Shown: positions 29,101-42,585 of the stretch, piece after piece
Layout: each line of letters opens with the position of its first letter
Position numbering within the stretch: position 1 is the stretch's first letter
From: Azolla caroliniana
Taxonomy: Eukaryota; Plantae; Polypodiophyta
DNA: 64,000 nucleotides
Direction: 5' to 3'
Assembly (NCBI GenBank): GCA_043228905.1
Contig: JBHGNT010000002.1
Location: 3,472,001-3,536,000 of the forward strand
Translations under genes and position numbers: made by a program
The notes under the pieces: model-generated
Told to the model about the DNA's origin: nothing
Databases searched by the model: none
The model's input: only the letters and a program-made list of their open reading frames with translations

Positions 29101-30019
29101 CAACATTAAACTAGTACATTGGAGAAAGCAACACATCATATCAACTTGTGTACCTACATGAAAGGGACATAGAGTGTGACATACACACTTGTGGATATAT
29201 CATATGTTTTGATATCGATAAACAAATACCAATGTGCACATTGGTATTAGGGGCTATGTATACATTATGACCCAAGGTTTGAAGTGAAATCTCCTATGAA
29301 AAGAACTAAACACCCCTATGCACATATAACATTGGAGTCATCATGAAGAAGCATTCGATGTTCACACTTCGAAGTTCCATGGAGATTTGGTTATTAGGAT
29401 GAAAACATTCACTCATTTGTCATTATATCTTTACATTCGTTAAGGCTCGTTCCCCGAATTACAAGCAAACAAGGTGGATAAGGCATAAAATTCCAAAACC
29501 TCTCACAAATAAAGACCAAAATCCCTGCCCCCACTTTTGTCCCACATGTCATAAAACATATATTCGATTAGCACCTCGCAGAGATGTCTCGTCTCGAAGG
29601 GATAAACTACCTTAGAGTACACGATATGTACACATGTTACAAGCCCAACTAACATATAATGATGTGTTGGTACAACTTACTCCTCAAAAGGCACACTACT
29701 AAGGATTCGGTGGGGAAATTGAGTAATTATTTTAAGTCTCTCGACCAATATAATGACACAAGCCCACCTCTCACGAAAACATCTAATGATGTATTGGTAC
29801 AGCTCGAGACTTGCAAATCACTATGAGAGATCTTCAGTAGGGGGAATTGAGTTGTTAATTGAAGTGTCACGACCAACATTGGACAACATTATGTGTGTCA
29901 TCGTCATAGGCACTCCATACAAGACTTCATAACTCGAGAAATTAACCAACTCTCGAGATACATTCATCAAGGATCACAGGGTATAACAGATAATGGACAT
30001 AAATCTTCATGGACAAGCC

Positions 30020-30160
30020 ATGAATGGAGGAATGAATGGTTAATTGAATGGAATGGGATGAATGGAATGGAATGCATCATCAATTCCATTCCATTGATGA
30101 ATGGAATGCATTATCAATGGAATGGAATGGATGAATGGAATTGACGAATGGAATGCATCA
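30020..30160. repeat. (GAATG)n pentanucleotide tract with an internal inverted segment
   Basis: aatggaatgg repeats flank the inverted caattccattccattg at ~30081-30096. Confidence 0.8.
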
Positions 30161-30522
30161 TGAAACATGGAACGACAATTTTGGAAAAGAATATATGAGG
30201 ATCAATACATAATTAGAAGAGATCCAATCCACTCTGTACATTGATGATTCAAGGCCCAAGGATTTCCAAATATAGTATAGTTAGTATTAGTAATGGTCCT
30301 CCAAAAAATTGAGATAAATAATTCTCCTTCAACAAAAATAATAATAATTGGAAGTGGAATCTTATGAAACAGAGGAGTAAACCTCCTTCATTAATCCTTC
30401 GACTAATTAGGGTTCTCGTTTCTTTTTGCATCCATCATTTAGTCTTTCAACTAATTAGATGCTTTTTGCTCTTTCAGTTTCTTTCTAATGAATAATCTGA
30501 GGTTTTAATCCAATTGCTCAGT

Positions 30523-32720
30523 TTAGGTCTTCAGAGCCAATGTATTAATAGCACTAGATTTCGATATGTGATAGGAGAGTATGGGCACACATTCCTTCAA
30601 CAAATGCGAATTGTTAGGGTTAGGGTTAGGGTTAAGGTTGGGATTAATTTTACTAATAGAACTGTAATCTGTGTTACTATTAAAGATTAGGGTTTGCTTT
30701 AGGCTGGAATCAGAAGGTAGCCATATCTCATCTCGAACACTCTTCAATGAAGCATTCTCGGCTAGGCATCTCCCTCTGCATTTCAACTCCACCTGAAACT
30801 TCTCAACAATAACGCAGAACTCTAAATTATTCATGCATTTCTCAATCCTGTACATGTAATAGAATTCTGCCTCCATGAATGTTAGGCATACCTGCGCTTC
30901 ACTTGAAAGACCTAATTTGGTTACCAGATATTTCTTCACGGCATGGATAGGCATCTCTCCATCTCTACGAAATGTTAAAAAGAAAAATCAATCAGAAAGA
31001 GATAAGACGAAGAAGCCATTAAGGATCAATCAAGACATGTAGACTGGCTGATCAGAACTATTGGACATGCAATAGTATTTGACAGAAAATTGATTGCGAT
31101 TCTTTTTACTGCATATGCTCAAGATTCATTCACATACATATATGAATTAGATCGGGTGTATCACTAACAAAATTGATTGCGATATTTACTGCATATGCAC
31201 AAGATTAGTTTACATACATAAATAAATCAGGTTTGGGTGTATCATTGAGAAAATGGATGCGATTTTTACTGCAGATGTAGAAACAAGATTAACTCACATA
31301 CTTAAATAAATCCGATTGGGTGCATCACTGAGAAAATACAATGCGATTTGAATTGCATATGCAAAAAGGTTTAATTCACATACATTGATAGATCAGAATG
31401 ACTACATTTATCTAGCGAATACCTTATTCTCAAGTATGGTTTTGGGACCTCCTCTTGTGACAAATGATTTGGATCATCAGGCTGAAGAGCAAACCAGAAA
31501 CCTGATACAGCGCGAGTTCTTGACCTCGTGTTAATAATATCAGGAGAGCTAACACGACTGTTAAATGCTGAAAACAGACCAACCGTTGGATCTCTGGATT
31601 GAAAGGCGCTCTGCGTCCATAATGGCGTGGATAGATTCATGGATTGATGGTGCCTGTGATTAGAAGATGCATTGGAGGTATAATCTTGTTGTGAAATTAA
31701 TCTAGGCTTGCCACTCCGAATATTTAAATCGGGCTGTAACAGGCTACTATCATAAGCATTACTAGGGTTTTTGATAGTGCTTTTGATCACCATGCTCCCC
31801 TCATCATCGCACAATGCTTTGATATGATCTGATGCAGGCCATTGTTGAAGCTCTGCAGTTCTTCTGTTAAAATGGATAGGTTGAGTAGGAACTGTTGGGG
31901 AAGCTATGGAATGGCCTCCTTGGAGCAGCATTGAACCGTTCACAGTCGGCGAAACGCCACACAATTGGTCTCTGATACTGTTAAGCTGATTCAAATACGC
32001 GTAATCTGTGTTCTGACAATGGCTCCCTGTTAAAGAATCGAGGTCCTGGTCTTCATCTTTACGATTAATCTCGCGATACGACTTCATGTTCGCGCCGATT
32101 ATTAGGTCACCACGTAGTTTCCCGGCCAGTAATGGCGATTCTGATGGACCCGGACCAGTCTGGGGCAGAAGCTGAAGCGTGCACAATCCTGCAGTCTCTG
32201 CTGAACCATTGCGCGAGGCATCAAAGTCATGCAGACGACAGGTATTATCGATCGTTCTAGCGAATCTGTCGGACGGATCGTCGTGCGACCCAATGCCGAG
32301 GCGGAGGTCCAGCCAGTCATCTCTGATGCGATGAATCCTGTCGCGTCGTATCGCTGATTGTTCGCTTGATCGGACCATGAATAAACCAGAGGTATTGCTC
32401 TGATCGGTATTGAGCATGGCGGAAGGAGGTTTTAGGTCAAGATCAGTGACATTATCATCGACGCATTCTTCTTCTTCTTCTTCTTCTTCTCTGCCAGGGT
32501 CGCTCACCACAGATCTAGGGTTATGGCAGTACAGATGACTCCTGCCTGTGCCATCGCCACAGTTCCGGTGGCCATTTTCCTGTGCAGAGATTCTGGCATC
32601 GCTGCTACTGTTATGGGGGCTGAGAGTGCTGTGGATCATCATCTCTGCTTCAACTATGGCTTCTTCGTCGGCATTCTTCTGATGGCCACCACATGGAATG
32701 ATCATGATGGAGCTTCTCAT
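30523..32720 (-). CDS. LAX PANICLE 2-like protein: C-terminal RAWUL (ubiquitin-like, BMI1/DRIP-type) domain, EAR-like motif, no RING seen
   Basis: Exons 32720-31423, 30964-30892 and 30792-30523 give GFWFALQ...VPKPYLRIR|DGEMPIHAVKKYLVTKLGLSSEAQ|VELKCRGRCL...LKSVRDEIW, the plant RAWUL pattern. DWLDLRLGIG lies in the disordered N-terminal part. An in-frame stop precedes ATG 32720, but further 5' exons cannot be excluded. Confidence 0.82.
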
Positions 32721-32869
32721 CGGGATCGAATGGCTCTCTGCTTAATCTGGATCGGAGACAGCAGAAGGGGTCATGACATGCCACTTCTACTCGGATCGAA
32801 AGCGCCGTCGATCGATCGAATCGGAGCGAATTGCTGTAAGCACAGCAATAATCATGATCGAGCCGCCAC

Positions 32870-33973
32870 ACTTATAATCATTTACATACATACATACATA
32901 AAAGGTCTTCAAAGATTCAAAATCGAATGCAATCAAATTAATTTAAATTGCACAAAAGGGAATTCCGAATGAGGATGGTGAGCTTTCCGTTCCCTATCGA
33001 TCTCTCTGTCCCTCTGCCTATCTCTCAATCATACATACACATCCACATACCGTCATATACACATACACATACATACATACAGATATCTAGATATCTGTCT
33101 GTTTTTCTGTCTGTCTGTGTTTGTATTGAAATTAGAGCGATTCAATCGCCATTAATGAGGGGCTGAATCATTTTTCGTTAAGAAATATGGGGAGAGATTT
33201 TCTGGTTAAGGTATACACACACACACAGAGATTATATATATATATATGTAATAATGTATGTATGTATTATCTGATGATGATGGAAAAGACAGGAGGCATT
33301 AATTACACATTACACATTACACACACAGAGACAGACACAAGACACAGAGAAAGAGAGAGAGGGAGAGGGAGAAAGAACGAATGGAAGGAGGATTGAAGAA
33401 GGGGTGGAAAGGAAAGAAATTACAGAAGACAAAAAAAAGGAAAAGGAAAACAGGAAGCGCAGAAGAAGAAACTTAAGGAAAGTGTTATATGTAGTATATG
33501 GTATTATATATGGTGCATATATGTAGTATGTATGTACAAAATGTATGTATAATGTATAATGTATGTACAAATGTATGTATAATGTATTTCTGTAGCAAAT
33601 GTGTATATAAAATGCATAAAATGTTATGTATAATAAATGTATTTGTTTTTTGTACGTATTGTGTGGATGTGTTGGGTCTTTTGGACGCACGCTTGTCAGT
33701 TGGTTTTTTGTCCAGAGACGTCGGGAAGCGTTGGATGTGACGGCCTTCGGCTTCGGCTCCATCGGCTCCATCGGCTCCACTGACCCCCCCCTCCCTTCGG
33801 CTTCGGCTTCGGCTTCGGCTCCATCGGCTCCACTGCCACCCACATACATACATACATACATACATATGTCCGTCCGCCCGTCCGTCCGTCCGTCCCATGA
33901 ATGAAATGAATGATGATGCGATCGTCGCCGCCACTTTCCTTTTTAATTTCCTTTTTAATTCCCATTTTATCCC

Positions 33974-34006
<33 letters not shown>

Positions 34007-34600
34007 CCTTATTTCTCATTTCGCAGGCGAATATGGCGCGAATCAAGGCACGCGCGTGCGCGCGAAACAAATCTTTTTGGACGCCTAAACACACACACAC
34101 AAGAAGAAGAAGCCAAAATTGAGGCTCTAAAAACCCATATGTATGCGTGCATGCATGCATGCATGCATGTATGTATGTGAAACAAATAAGCTGATTTCTA
34201 CCCATGCCACATACATACATGACTATCTATCTATATGTATCTACATATATGTATAGACAGATATATCTACATACATACATATGTATAGATAGATATCATG
34301 CCATGGCGATACTCATTATGTCCATACATAATCAAACCCATGAGATTAAAACCTTGCTTCGCTTTCCTCTCTTATTTTATTTTAGCCCTTGGCAACAGAA
34401 AAAAAAACCAGGAAAGACAGAAAAGAAAGAAAAGCTAAAAGGAAGCAGCAGCTTGCTTTTTTTTCCCCTCTTTAAAAAACTGTTTTCAGTAATGGATAGT
34501 GTTTTGTTTTTTTTTCTCTTGTCTTCCGTTATTTGCATGGGACACAAAGACAGGAGAGAGAGAGAGAGAGAGAGAGAGACGTGAAACAACAAGGTCTCCA
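32870..34600. repeat. Microsatellite-dense upstream region of the RAWUL gene: (CATA)n, (GA)n, (TTA)n, (GGCTCCATC/GGCTTC)n, (ATGC)n
   Basis: Tracts are directly visible; the region is probably promoter, 5'UTR or intron. Confidence 0.75.
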
Positions 34601-37600
34601 ACTCAATTTGAATTGAATACTTCTTCCACTTCGTGTCTTTGTTTAATGTCTCCATTGCTTCATTAGAGGAGAAATAGGTATATTCCTCTAGCCATTTGAA
34701 GGTGCTTCATTCACTTTTATGGGTTGGGTGGGGTGGGTCTTGGTTGGTGCATATGTGCTCCATTGTGAACTCAACTCACTCTATTCCATGGTTCTTATCA
34801 TAATCGATACACAATTGGGCGCATACCATAAACTTTAGTGATCTACGTATGGAACCACACGCACTTGCTCCCAATTTCCCGCGATCTTTCTAGCCTTTGC
34901 AAGCTCTGACAATTGCACAGTACCCACATTAGCTATGTCATGCCACTTGTTAGATTAAGATACCAAACTTTAAAATGCAAGTTGGGGGGGACACACTACG
35001 TACACTTAAAAATGAATAGAGTGTTTTACATATCCGACATAGATCGTCATGCACATTTGTAATAGACTTCTCTTATTGTCCTCGATTGAGGAGGAATTTG
35101 GTTCCGAACTTCCTCTTCCACACACACTCTTCCTTCTCATTTATTACACATATATTTAGGCCCACTATGTGGTGCTCACACTCTACACACACACATTCAA
35201 GCATATAACATACATCCACATCTAAAAGGAGGGATTGTTTGGCCACCTTCATATGGCTCATTCTTTTCATGTGATTGTTAAGTGTGGGGTGGTTGGTTAG
35301 CTAGTCATCTATACGATACGCAAGGCCTTGTATTTTTCTTTTTGCCTTGTGAAATTCTAAGGAAGGAAGGAAAGGAAGGAGGGACTCTTCTTATTGAGTA
35401 AGGTTCTATAGTAGGGTTTTTATATCACTTTCTTCAATTGGGCCACGGAATTGGACTGTTTAGGAATACATGATTAATTTGGAAACAAGAGCTCCACGAA
35501 ACTAAACTGTTTTAGGAAGGCAAATTACTTTAGTTCCCAGTTTCAATCGAAAGGAGAGTTTTAAGTCATTCAGTCGCACTCAGTTCAGTTAGTCCAGTAT
35601 GTTTTTTATGTTTATGTTTTTTTTATTTGTTGCTTTTTCTACAATAATAATAATAAAAGACATAATTTTGAAGGCTCTTTTTTTTTCCTCTTTCAAAATA
35701 AAGGAGAGAGTCCGAGAGACATGGAAGCAAAATCGAAAGTATTTTTTGGGATCTAAAAAAAAAAACCAAAAAGACGAGAAAAGCGAATAAATATATTCTT
35801 GAGGATGAATAAAGTATCTAGATAAATAAGAATTGGCTTATTAATAATAATAATAATAATAATAATTATTATTATTATTATTATTATTATGATTATTATT
35901 TTAAGCATTCCTTTAATAAAACAAAATTGGTGAGGAGGAAATGGATACGTAGTGCGAGCCACGCCTAGGATATAAGGGGGGGGGGGTTCCTACGCCCCCA
36001 CCAAAAAAGGAGCCCTTATTAAGCACAGATTCCATGGGACAAAAATGTAAATTATCACAAATTACAAGCATGCTCTTGCACTTAGTTAATACATTCACAC
36101 ACACCCCAATGTTGTTTGTTATTACTTTAAACTGTGTGAGAGAGTGGGGTTGCAATCATACACAACTTTAGAGACCATGAAACTAACCAAACATATATGT
36201 ATATATATATATAATATATGTGTGTGTGTGTGTAAATGTGATCAAGGAAAGTAGAGATTTGGAGGGACACCACCTTGTACGAGTGCCGTCTACAACAACA
36301 AGTGTAAAGTATTGCGTTGTTTTTTCCTTGATAATTATTAATAAATAAACAAAACCGTTGATGCTTTTCCGTTCCTCCTCGTTTTGTTGTGTGCTTTCTT
36401 GTGCGAATGTGTAGTTAGATCATGGCATGTCTCACCTAGACCCCCCTCCCTAGCTTTACTGATTTTCACTAGGGTATATATAATGTCCTCATGCTGTCCT
36501 AAATTCCTTTTCTCGTAACTGGCATTGTGTCTCCCGTAACACCAAATATTCCCCCCTCAAGTATTCTCCCACCTTTCCAAAGTACAAACTGTCTCCTAGT
36601 GGCAACAATCATCTCCACGAAGACCCTTCCCCCCCCCCCCCCCCCCCTCTCTCTCTCTCTCTGTCTTCGCTTGCTTTACATCCACATTTTTGCATTATTA
36701 TTCTAGACCCTCTAGTTATTGTTTACCTGCCAAACCCATCAAGTGCATTCCACTTTTTTGGCTGAATCTATAGAGCACATCGTTTATTCCCTATTTCACC
36801 TCGACGACACTCACGATGCTATAACTTCGATATCCGCACTTAGTCGCTACCATTATGGCAAACTATTTAAATATTGTCCTAGGGGATCGAGCTCCACCGT
36901 ACTTTCCCACATAATAATAATGCAGAGGAATCAATCACCTTTGTGTGGTAGTTTGTTTAATATGTATGATCTACGATCCTTCATTGGCCTATCCATTCCA
37001 TGTTGAGCTCATATCACCATGTTCGCCATTTCATTGTCCTCGCAGTCTTGTGGAATCAAGCCACTTTAAGAGTTATATCTCTCTCCCGTTGTATTCAAAA
37101 CATGTCCACCGTCATTTCAGTATCATAAACTTAGCCACTTTAAGAGTTATATACATCCCGTTGTATTAAAAAGATGTCCTCATAATAAACAAGCATCATG
37201 CATTACACTTTGTAGTAGAGATTTCCTTATTTTTCACGTTAAAAACTCTCCCCCTTTTGAAGTTTTCATATGGCATCATACTATAGGACATCTTTACCTC
37301 CCATAAAAAGAATAACAAATTTTAAAACAAATTCTACGTGCTTTGTTCACTTCCTTCGCTTTCATGTTTTCTAACCACCCATTATCACCATTCCCTGGGA
37401 CCCTCCAAGTCTATAGAGGGATTGAGGTCTCCTACCTCCCACCATCTTACTTCGAGTGCAATTAGTACCATGCGTGTTTTACACTCTCAACTCCTTTCGT
37501 GCATTGTCGTTGGCATGATACTTTCCTAGGTACGGGAGCACAAGCAAAGTGTGAATCTATTGTTGTAGCAGCTTATGTGCCTCATCATAGGGGATTGTAG

Positions 37601-39150
37601 ATGGGTTTTTCTAATAATTATCACATACATTACTAGCCTTCTTTTACATGGACATGGTAGTTCATGCAAAAGAAGACACTTTCTTATTCTCATATATGCC
37701 CCACTTATTCGATCCGAAACCCACTCCACCATTACTACTTGCATGCATGCATGACTAGTTTATAGAAAAAGAAGGCACATCATAAGAGTATAATTCATTT
37801 GGGTGCCCACATTGGTTCAACCCGATCGTGAACTAATTATTAATTAGAATGCTTAACCAACTAAAGCTTGATTTGACGTGGAATATCATGTGTAAAACTT
37901 CTTTATGGAAAATTTGAAGTTTCTTCAAAAGTTGATATTATATATTATGGCAAATAATAATTTCTAAAACTAAGACTTCCATACCAAAGCCATATCTTTT
38001 TCTCACTAAGTTTTAAATTTACTGGTTATGGATAAACGTGTACACACATATGAAAAAGGAGGGTGTATATATTAAAACAACTTGATATTATAAAGAAAGA
38101 CCACTCCTTTCCCTATAGTAGTGAGGAATTTATGACAAGGTCAACCTTAACCCTCTACGATGTTGTAGGACAAGGTGCCCATGGAGCTCACTTACAAAAC
38201 TTTCCAAGTCATTTATCCTTCCAAGCGTTGTGGCAAGAACTTACTCGTCATACTTGATTGTACCATACACCCTAATATCTAAGGTGGTCAATCAATACCT
38301 TTTACAATGGGGAGGGTGAACTTGACCCTTGAAACTTACTGCAAGGGCGGCAAATTTATGCTACTTTACAATGGCCAACTTTGTAACATAGCAATCCCAA
38401 TGGATTCTACAACTGGGCATTTAAAGAAATTGTATTTGACATCCTTTGCAAGAACATGTCCTATTAGAAATGTATTAGCATTTGAAATCAGCCACTAAAA
38501 GCAACCCATCTGACTTTGCGTGCCAAAGAAACAATCAATCAAGAAATGGAAGATGAGATTGTCATCCTATGCCCACCAATCAATGCTACGATTTCCTCTG
38601 TCCCCCCCCCCCCCTCAAAGTGATGTATATATGAAAAATCTTGTGTTGTTGGTACAAATAGTAAAGCTCTTATGGCAAGGTAAACCTTGTAAGATATTGT
38701 ATGACTAGTTAAAGGCAAATCCTCTAAGGGCAAGGTGGTTGCGAAGGCTATCAAGCACACATTATAACATCGCATGCCCCACTATTGGAGTAAAAATTGG
38801 ATGAACAATTACATAAATGTGCGGGATACATTATGTACACATAAAAAAATCATGGTCAATTCTCTCCATAGATTAAAGAGGATGGACATTAAGGTTTTTG
38901 AAAACAAGGGACACTAGGACACAAACAAGGCGACTTTGTGGTCGTTGCATATTTTTCCCTAAACAAGTTCATAAGTTTAACTATCACCACATTGTTAATA
39001 CAACCCAATCCTTATACATATTCAGTTGTAATGCTCATAAGTAAAATCCTTGAACGTTAACATTCATTACTTCTAGTTCACTCATATGACATGAAAATAT
39101 TCCACGTTGACCCCTATTCATGGTTGACCTTCTAAGAACAACAACAAACT

Positions 39151-39179
39151 CTCTCTCTCTACACACACACACACACACA

Positions 39180-39232
<53 letters not shown>
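39151..39232. repeat. (CT)n-(CA)n microsatellite
   Basis: Directly visible. Confidence 0.95.
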
Positions 39233-39233
<1 letters not shown>

Positions 39234-41214
39234 AACCTAGATAGATTTTCGGCATAATATCGTTGTTTAGCTTGGTGTCCAAAATTACACAGGGAACGAA
39301 TACATATATGAAAGTATTCATTGGGAAAATGTTATAATTTAATTGATGCATTACCATGTAAATGAAATCTAGAAACAATGATTAGTTGCGTAGTGGTGAT
39401 AAAGAGTTATTAAAAAAGGAGAGCATGGTAAAAGGATACCTAGTAATAGATGCTAATTATACGACTCAATTGATCAATTTACCAACATCAATATTTAGCC
39501 TCAAAGCAACGTTAACGAGAATCTACAATCACATCTATAGAAATCTTTAAATTACATAAATCGTGAAAGCACTTTATAAAATTCATGTGGTTTAAGTGAA
39601 TAAATCTTATTTGTTTACTTTCAATATGATGATTTTTTCTTCACAAGATAAAGATCCAAGTAATTATAGAGGTGAAAGTAAAGTCAATCTTTATGAAGAG
39701 AAATTTATACCCTTCTAAACAAACATCACAAGCATGTTATCTTAATAGAAATGTGGTAAAGTGTCACATGGAAGCATATCTTCATAGATATTCAGTTGTT
39801 AGCCAATTTTAGGGTTAGTTTTTGCATTTGTGTGAAATGAGGGATAAAATTGACTTAGGACCTATCTACACAAAATCAATTGTGTTACTAACTCACAAAT
39901 TAACAAAATTTGTATGGGCTCGGGTTGGTCGTATGGTTCTATTGTCAATGTATTGGCATTAGAAAATGCCAATGCCTTCTAATTCTATCAAAAGTATCGA
40001 CATACATCTTGAAGGCAACTTTAGTGAAGAGGATAAAGCTCATTGAAACATTTTAGGGTCAATGTTGTTTTTACACATGCTAGTTTAAGAGCATACAAGA
40101 TTAAATATATATATAGATTCACCGACATAAGATTTCTCAATAACAACATAATAGTATAAGCTGGATTGATTTTATCTCCAAGATCCACTTGCAAAGAATT
40201 TTCAAATCTTTGGGTTAGGGGACAACCTAGTCGTACTTGAACAAACGTTTACACTTTAAAGCACATCAACCATAGTTGCAAAGAATTCATATATAATTGC
40301 ACATGGATTACGTTCTATAGAAACAAGAGGTAAGGAATTTGATACATGGAGGGGAATCTATTTAAACATAGGTGTGCCAATCATTGGAGTATATTTCAAA
40401 GTAGAGGCTAACCCATGAGACTTGGAGTCAACAATCCATAGAGAAAAAATATATGGACAAAACTAATGAGAACAAGGATAATCAACAAAAATACTAACAC
40501 AATATCTAATCAAATGTAGAAGACAATCTCAGAAATAAGAGTTTCTTGATCATCAATGAGCAACCTAAGAGAGTTTGAATATTTTGGATATGAATTAACC
40601 ACAAAAGTTTCCTTTGGTTCCCTATCTTTATTAGATGGCTTTCCATGAGAGTTTTTCCCTTTGGTCAAGCATATAATGGGATTATTTAGAAATAAACAAA
40701 CACAATGTCATAACCTGTTTCTATTTGCTATCAAATATTAAATAAAGGAAAGTGAGGGAATCACAACAACGAATGGTGAGGGATCTGAACTAGGGAGGAA
40801 ATGATGCATTGTGAGGAGAGTCTTCTCACCTCTCCGTAGGTTTCATTGTGTAATCCCCGTTTCCTTATAGTGTTTGGTAATTTGAGCATGTGTTTCCTTG
40901 GGCTCGTGGTTCGGGAAAAAGGGGATTGGAGCTAGGCAAACGCTCGAGGAGGCTGTGAATACTCTAGGAGGAGAACGCTCGTGGAGAATGTTCAAGTGAG
41001 GCAAGGCTTGCCCACCGGTATCACGAAGTTACACGCGTACGTGTGAAATCTAAGCGGGACCACCAAGAATTTGGACAAGAGAGGATGGATTGAGTTGAGT
41101 TTCCCAAATGTGATATTCAAGGATGCCGATGTTATGATTAGTTTAAGGTAAGTATTTGTTTTAAAGTTAAGGTCGATTACGCGTAGGTATCTATTGATGA
41201 TAACTGATAGGGCT

Positions 41215-41905
41215 AGGCTTTTAATTATTGATAATGTTATATCTATATTTAATTTCTTAATTTAATTAATTATAATTATTTTAGTATTATTATTATTATA
41301 TTATTCACTATTTAATTATTAATTATGTTGTCTATTATTATTATTATTATAATTTTAGTATTTACTTATTATTAATATTTAACATTATTATGTTGATTGA
41401 TTGATTGATTAGTTAATTTGCTTATTTATTTTTATGATCTATTGTATTTATTTATTTATTATTTCTATTTTATTATTATAATCATAATAATTTAATATTT
41501 AATATTTAATTATGTTTTCTTTTATTACTTTTAATTAGTACTATTATCATTTTAGTATTTACTTATCACTAATATTTAACCATTATTAGGTTTATCTATT
41601 TATTAATTTGTTAATTTGCTTATTTATTGTTCTGATCTATTGTATTTATTTATTTATTATTTATTTCTATTTTATTATTATAATCATAATAATTTAATAT
41701 TTAATTGTTAATTATGTTTTCTTTTATTAATTTTATTATTATTATTAGTAATTACTATTATTATCATTTTAGTATTTATTTATTATTATTTAACTATTAT
41801 AATTGTTTTTTATTTACTAATTCATTACTTATTTATTTTCTTGATCTATTATATTTATTTATTATAATAATAATAATAATAATAATTTACTATTTGTATT
41901 ATTAT
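41215..41905. repeat. Extremely AT-rich low-complexity tract with an internal ~200-bp duplication
   Basis: gttaatttgcttatttatt...gatctattgtatttatttatttattatt...ataatcataataatttaatatttaat occurs twice (~41410 and ~41610). Confidence 0.8.
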
Positions 41906-42084
41906 ATAGATTTGGGAAATTGCATAGATGTGGAAAATTGCAAGCGCATATTCACTTGGCACCTCCAGTTCTTCCATTGAGCTCCAATGATTCTCACGCG
42001 ATACCATATCAAAAGCTTTCTTGAAGTCGACAAAGCAACAATATAAACCTTTAACTCTCAAGTCACTTTCCTCCATTAATACGT
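41905..42084 (-). mobile_element. LINE reverse-transcriptase fragment (host of the nest)
   Basis: LYCCFVDFKKAFDMVSRENHWSSMEELEVP is the non-LTR RT motif (xDFxKAFDxV). It is interrupted at 42085 by an LTR. Confidence 0.8.
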
Positions 42085-42585
42085 TGTCGCGGAAATACGC
42101 GTGCGTGTGTACGACCCATAATGATGTCCGGATGGCTTCGTTGGTACGGTTTCCGGACGCGTGTCCGATCCGGAATGATTCCCGGATCCCGAGTGGTTAG
42201 CGCACGGGCTTGAAGAAGTGTATTGTTCCGGTCAGAATGCCAGGCAACAATAATGAGCTCACGGGCCTATGCTATTTACATTGGTTTGTACATAACATAT
42301 TCGTGTGCATTCGTGCACACACACGTTCATGCGCATCCGGCTCCGTTTCTTCCTATGGCCGGAATCCTTCACGACATCCACCCCCACCAAACCACACATC
42401 CTTTGGGATGTGCCAAGTAGTGTAACGGTTGGGATTCTAGCTCAACTTCACTCATCTTCTCCCGAATTGTCGCCAATCAGGTCTCCTTCAGACTCCTCGC
42501 TTTCACTCCTGCATTCTTCTAGCTCCAGATCTAGTTCAGGCTCACACCATTTCTTGAAGGCCTTTATTTGCTTCCCCTCAATAGG

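Noticed and set aside
1-32720. Functional cluster linking the cytokinin receptor, FAD synthetase and LAX2-like genes
   Set aside because: Cytokinin oxidases use FAD and LAX2 acts in meristems, but adjacency in a plant genome is no evidence of a shared pathway.
33187-34655. Many overlapping ORFs (e.g. MEPMEPKPK, poly-N/I/L)
   Set aside because: Products of simple repeats with no domain signal.
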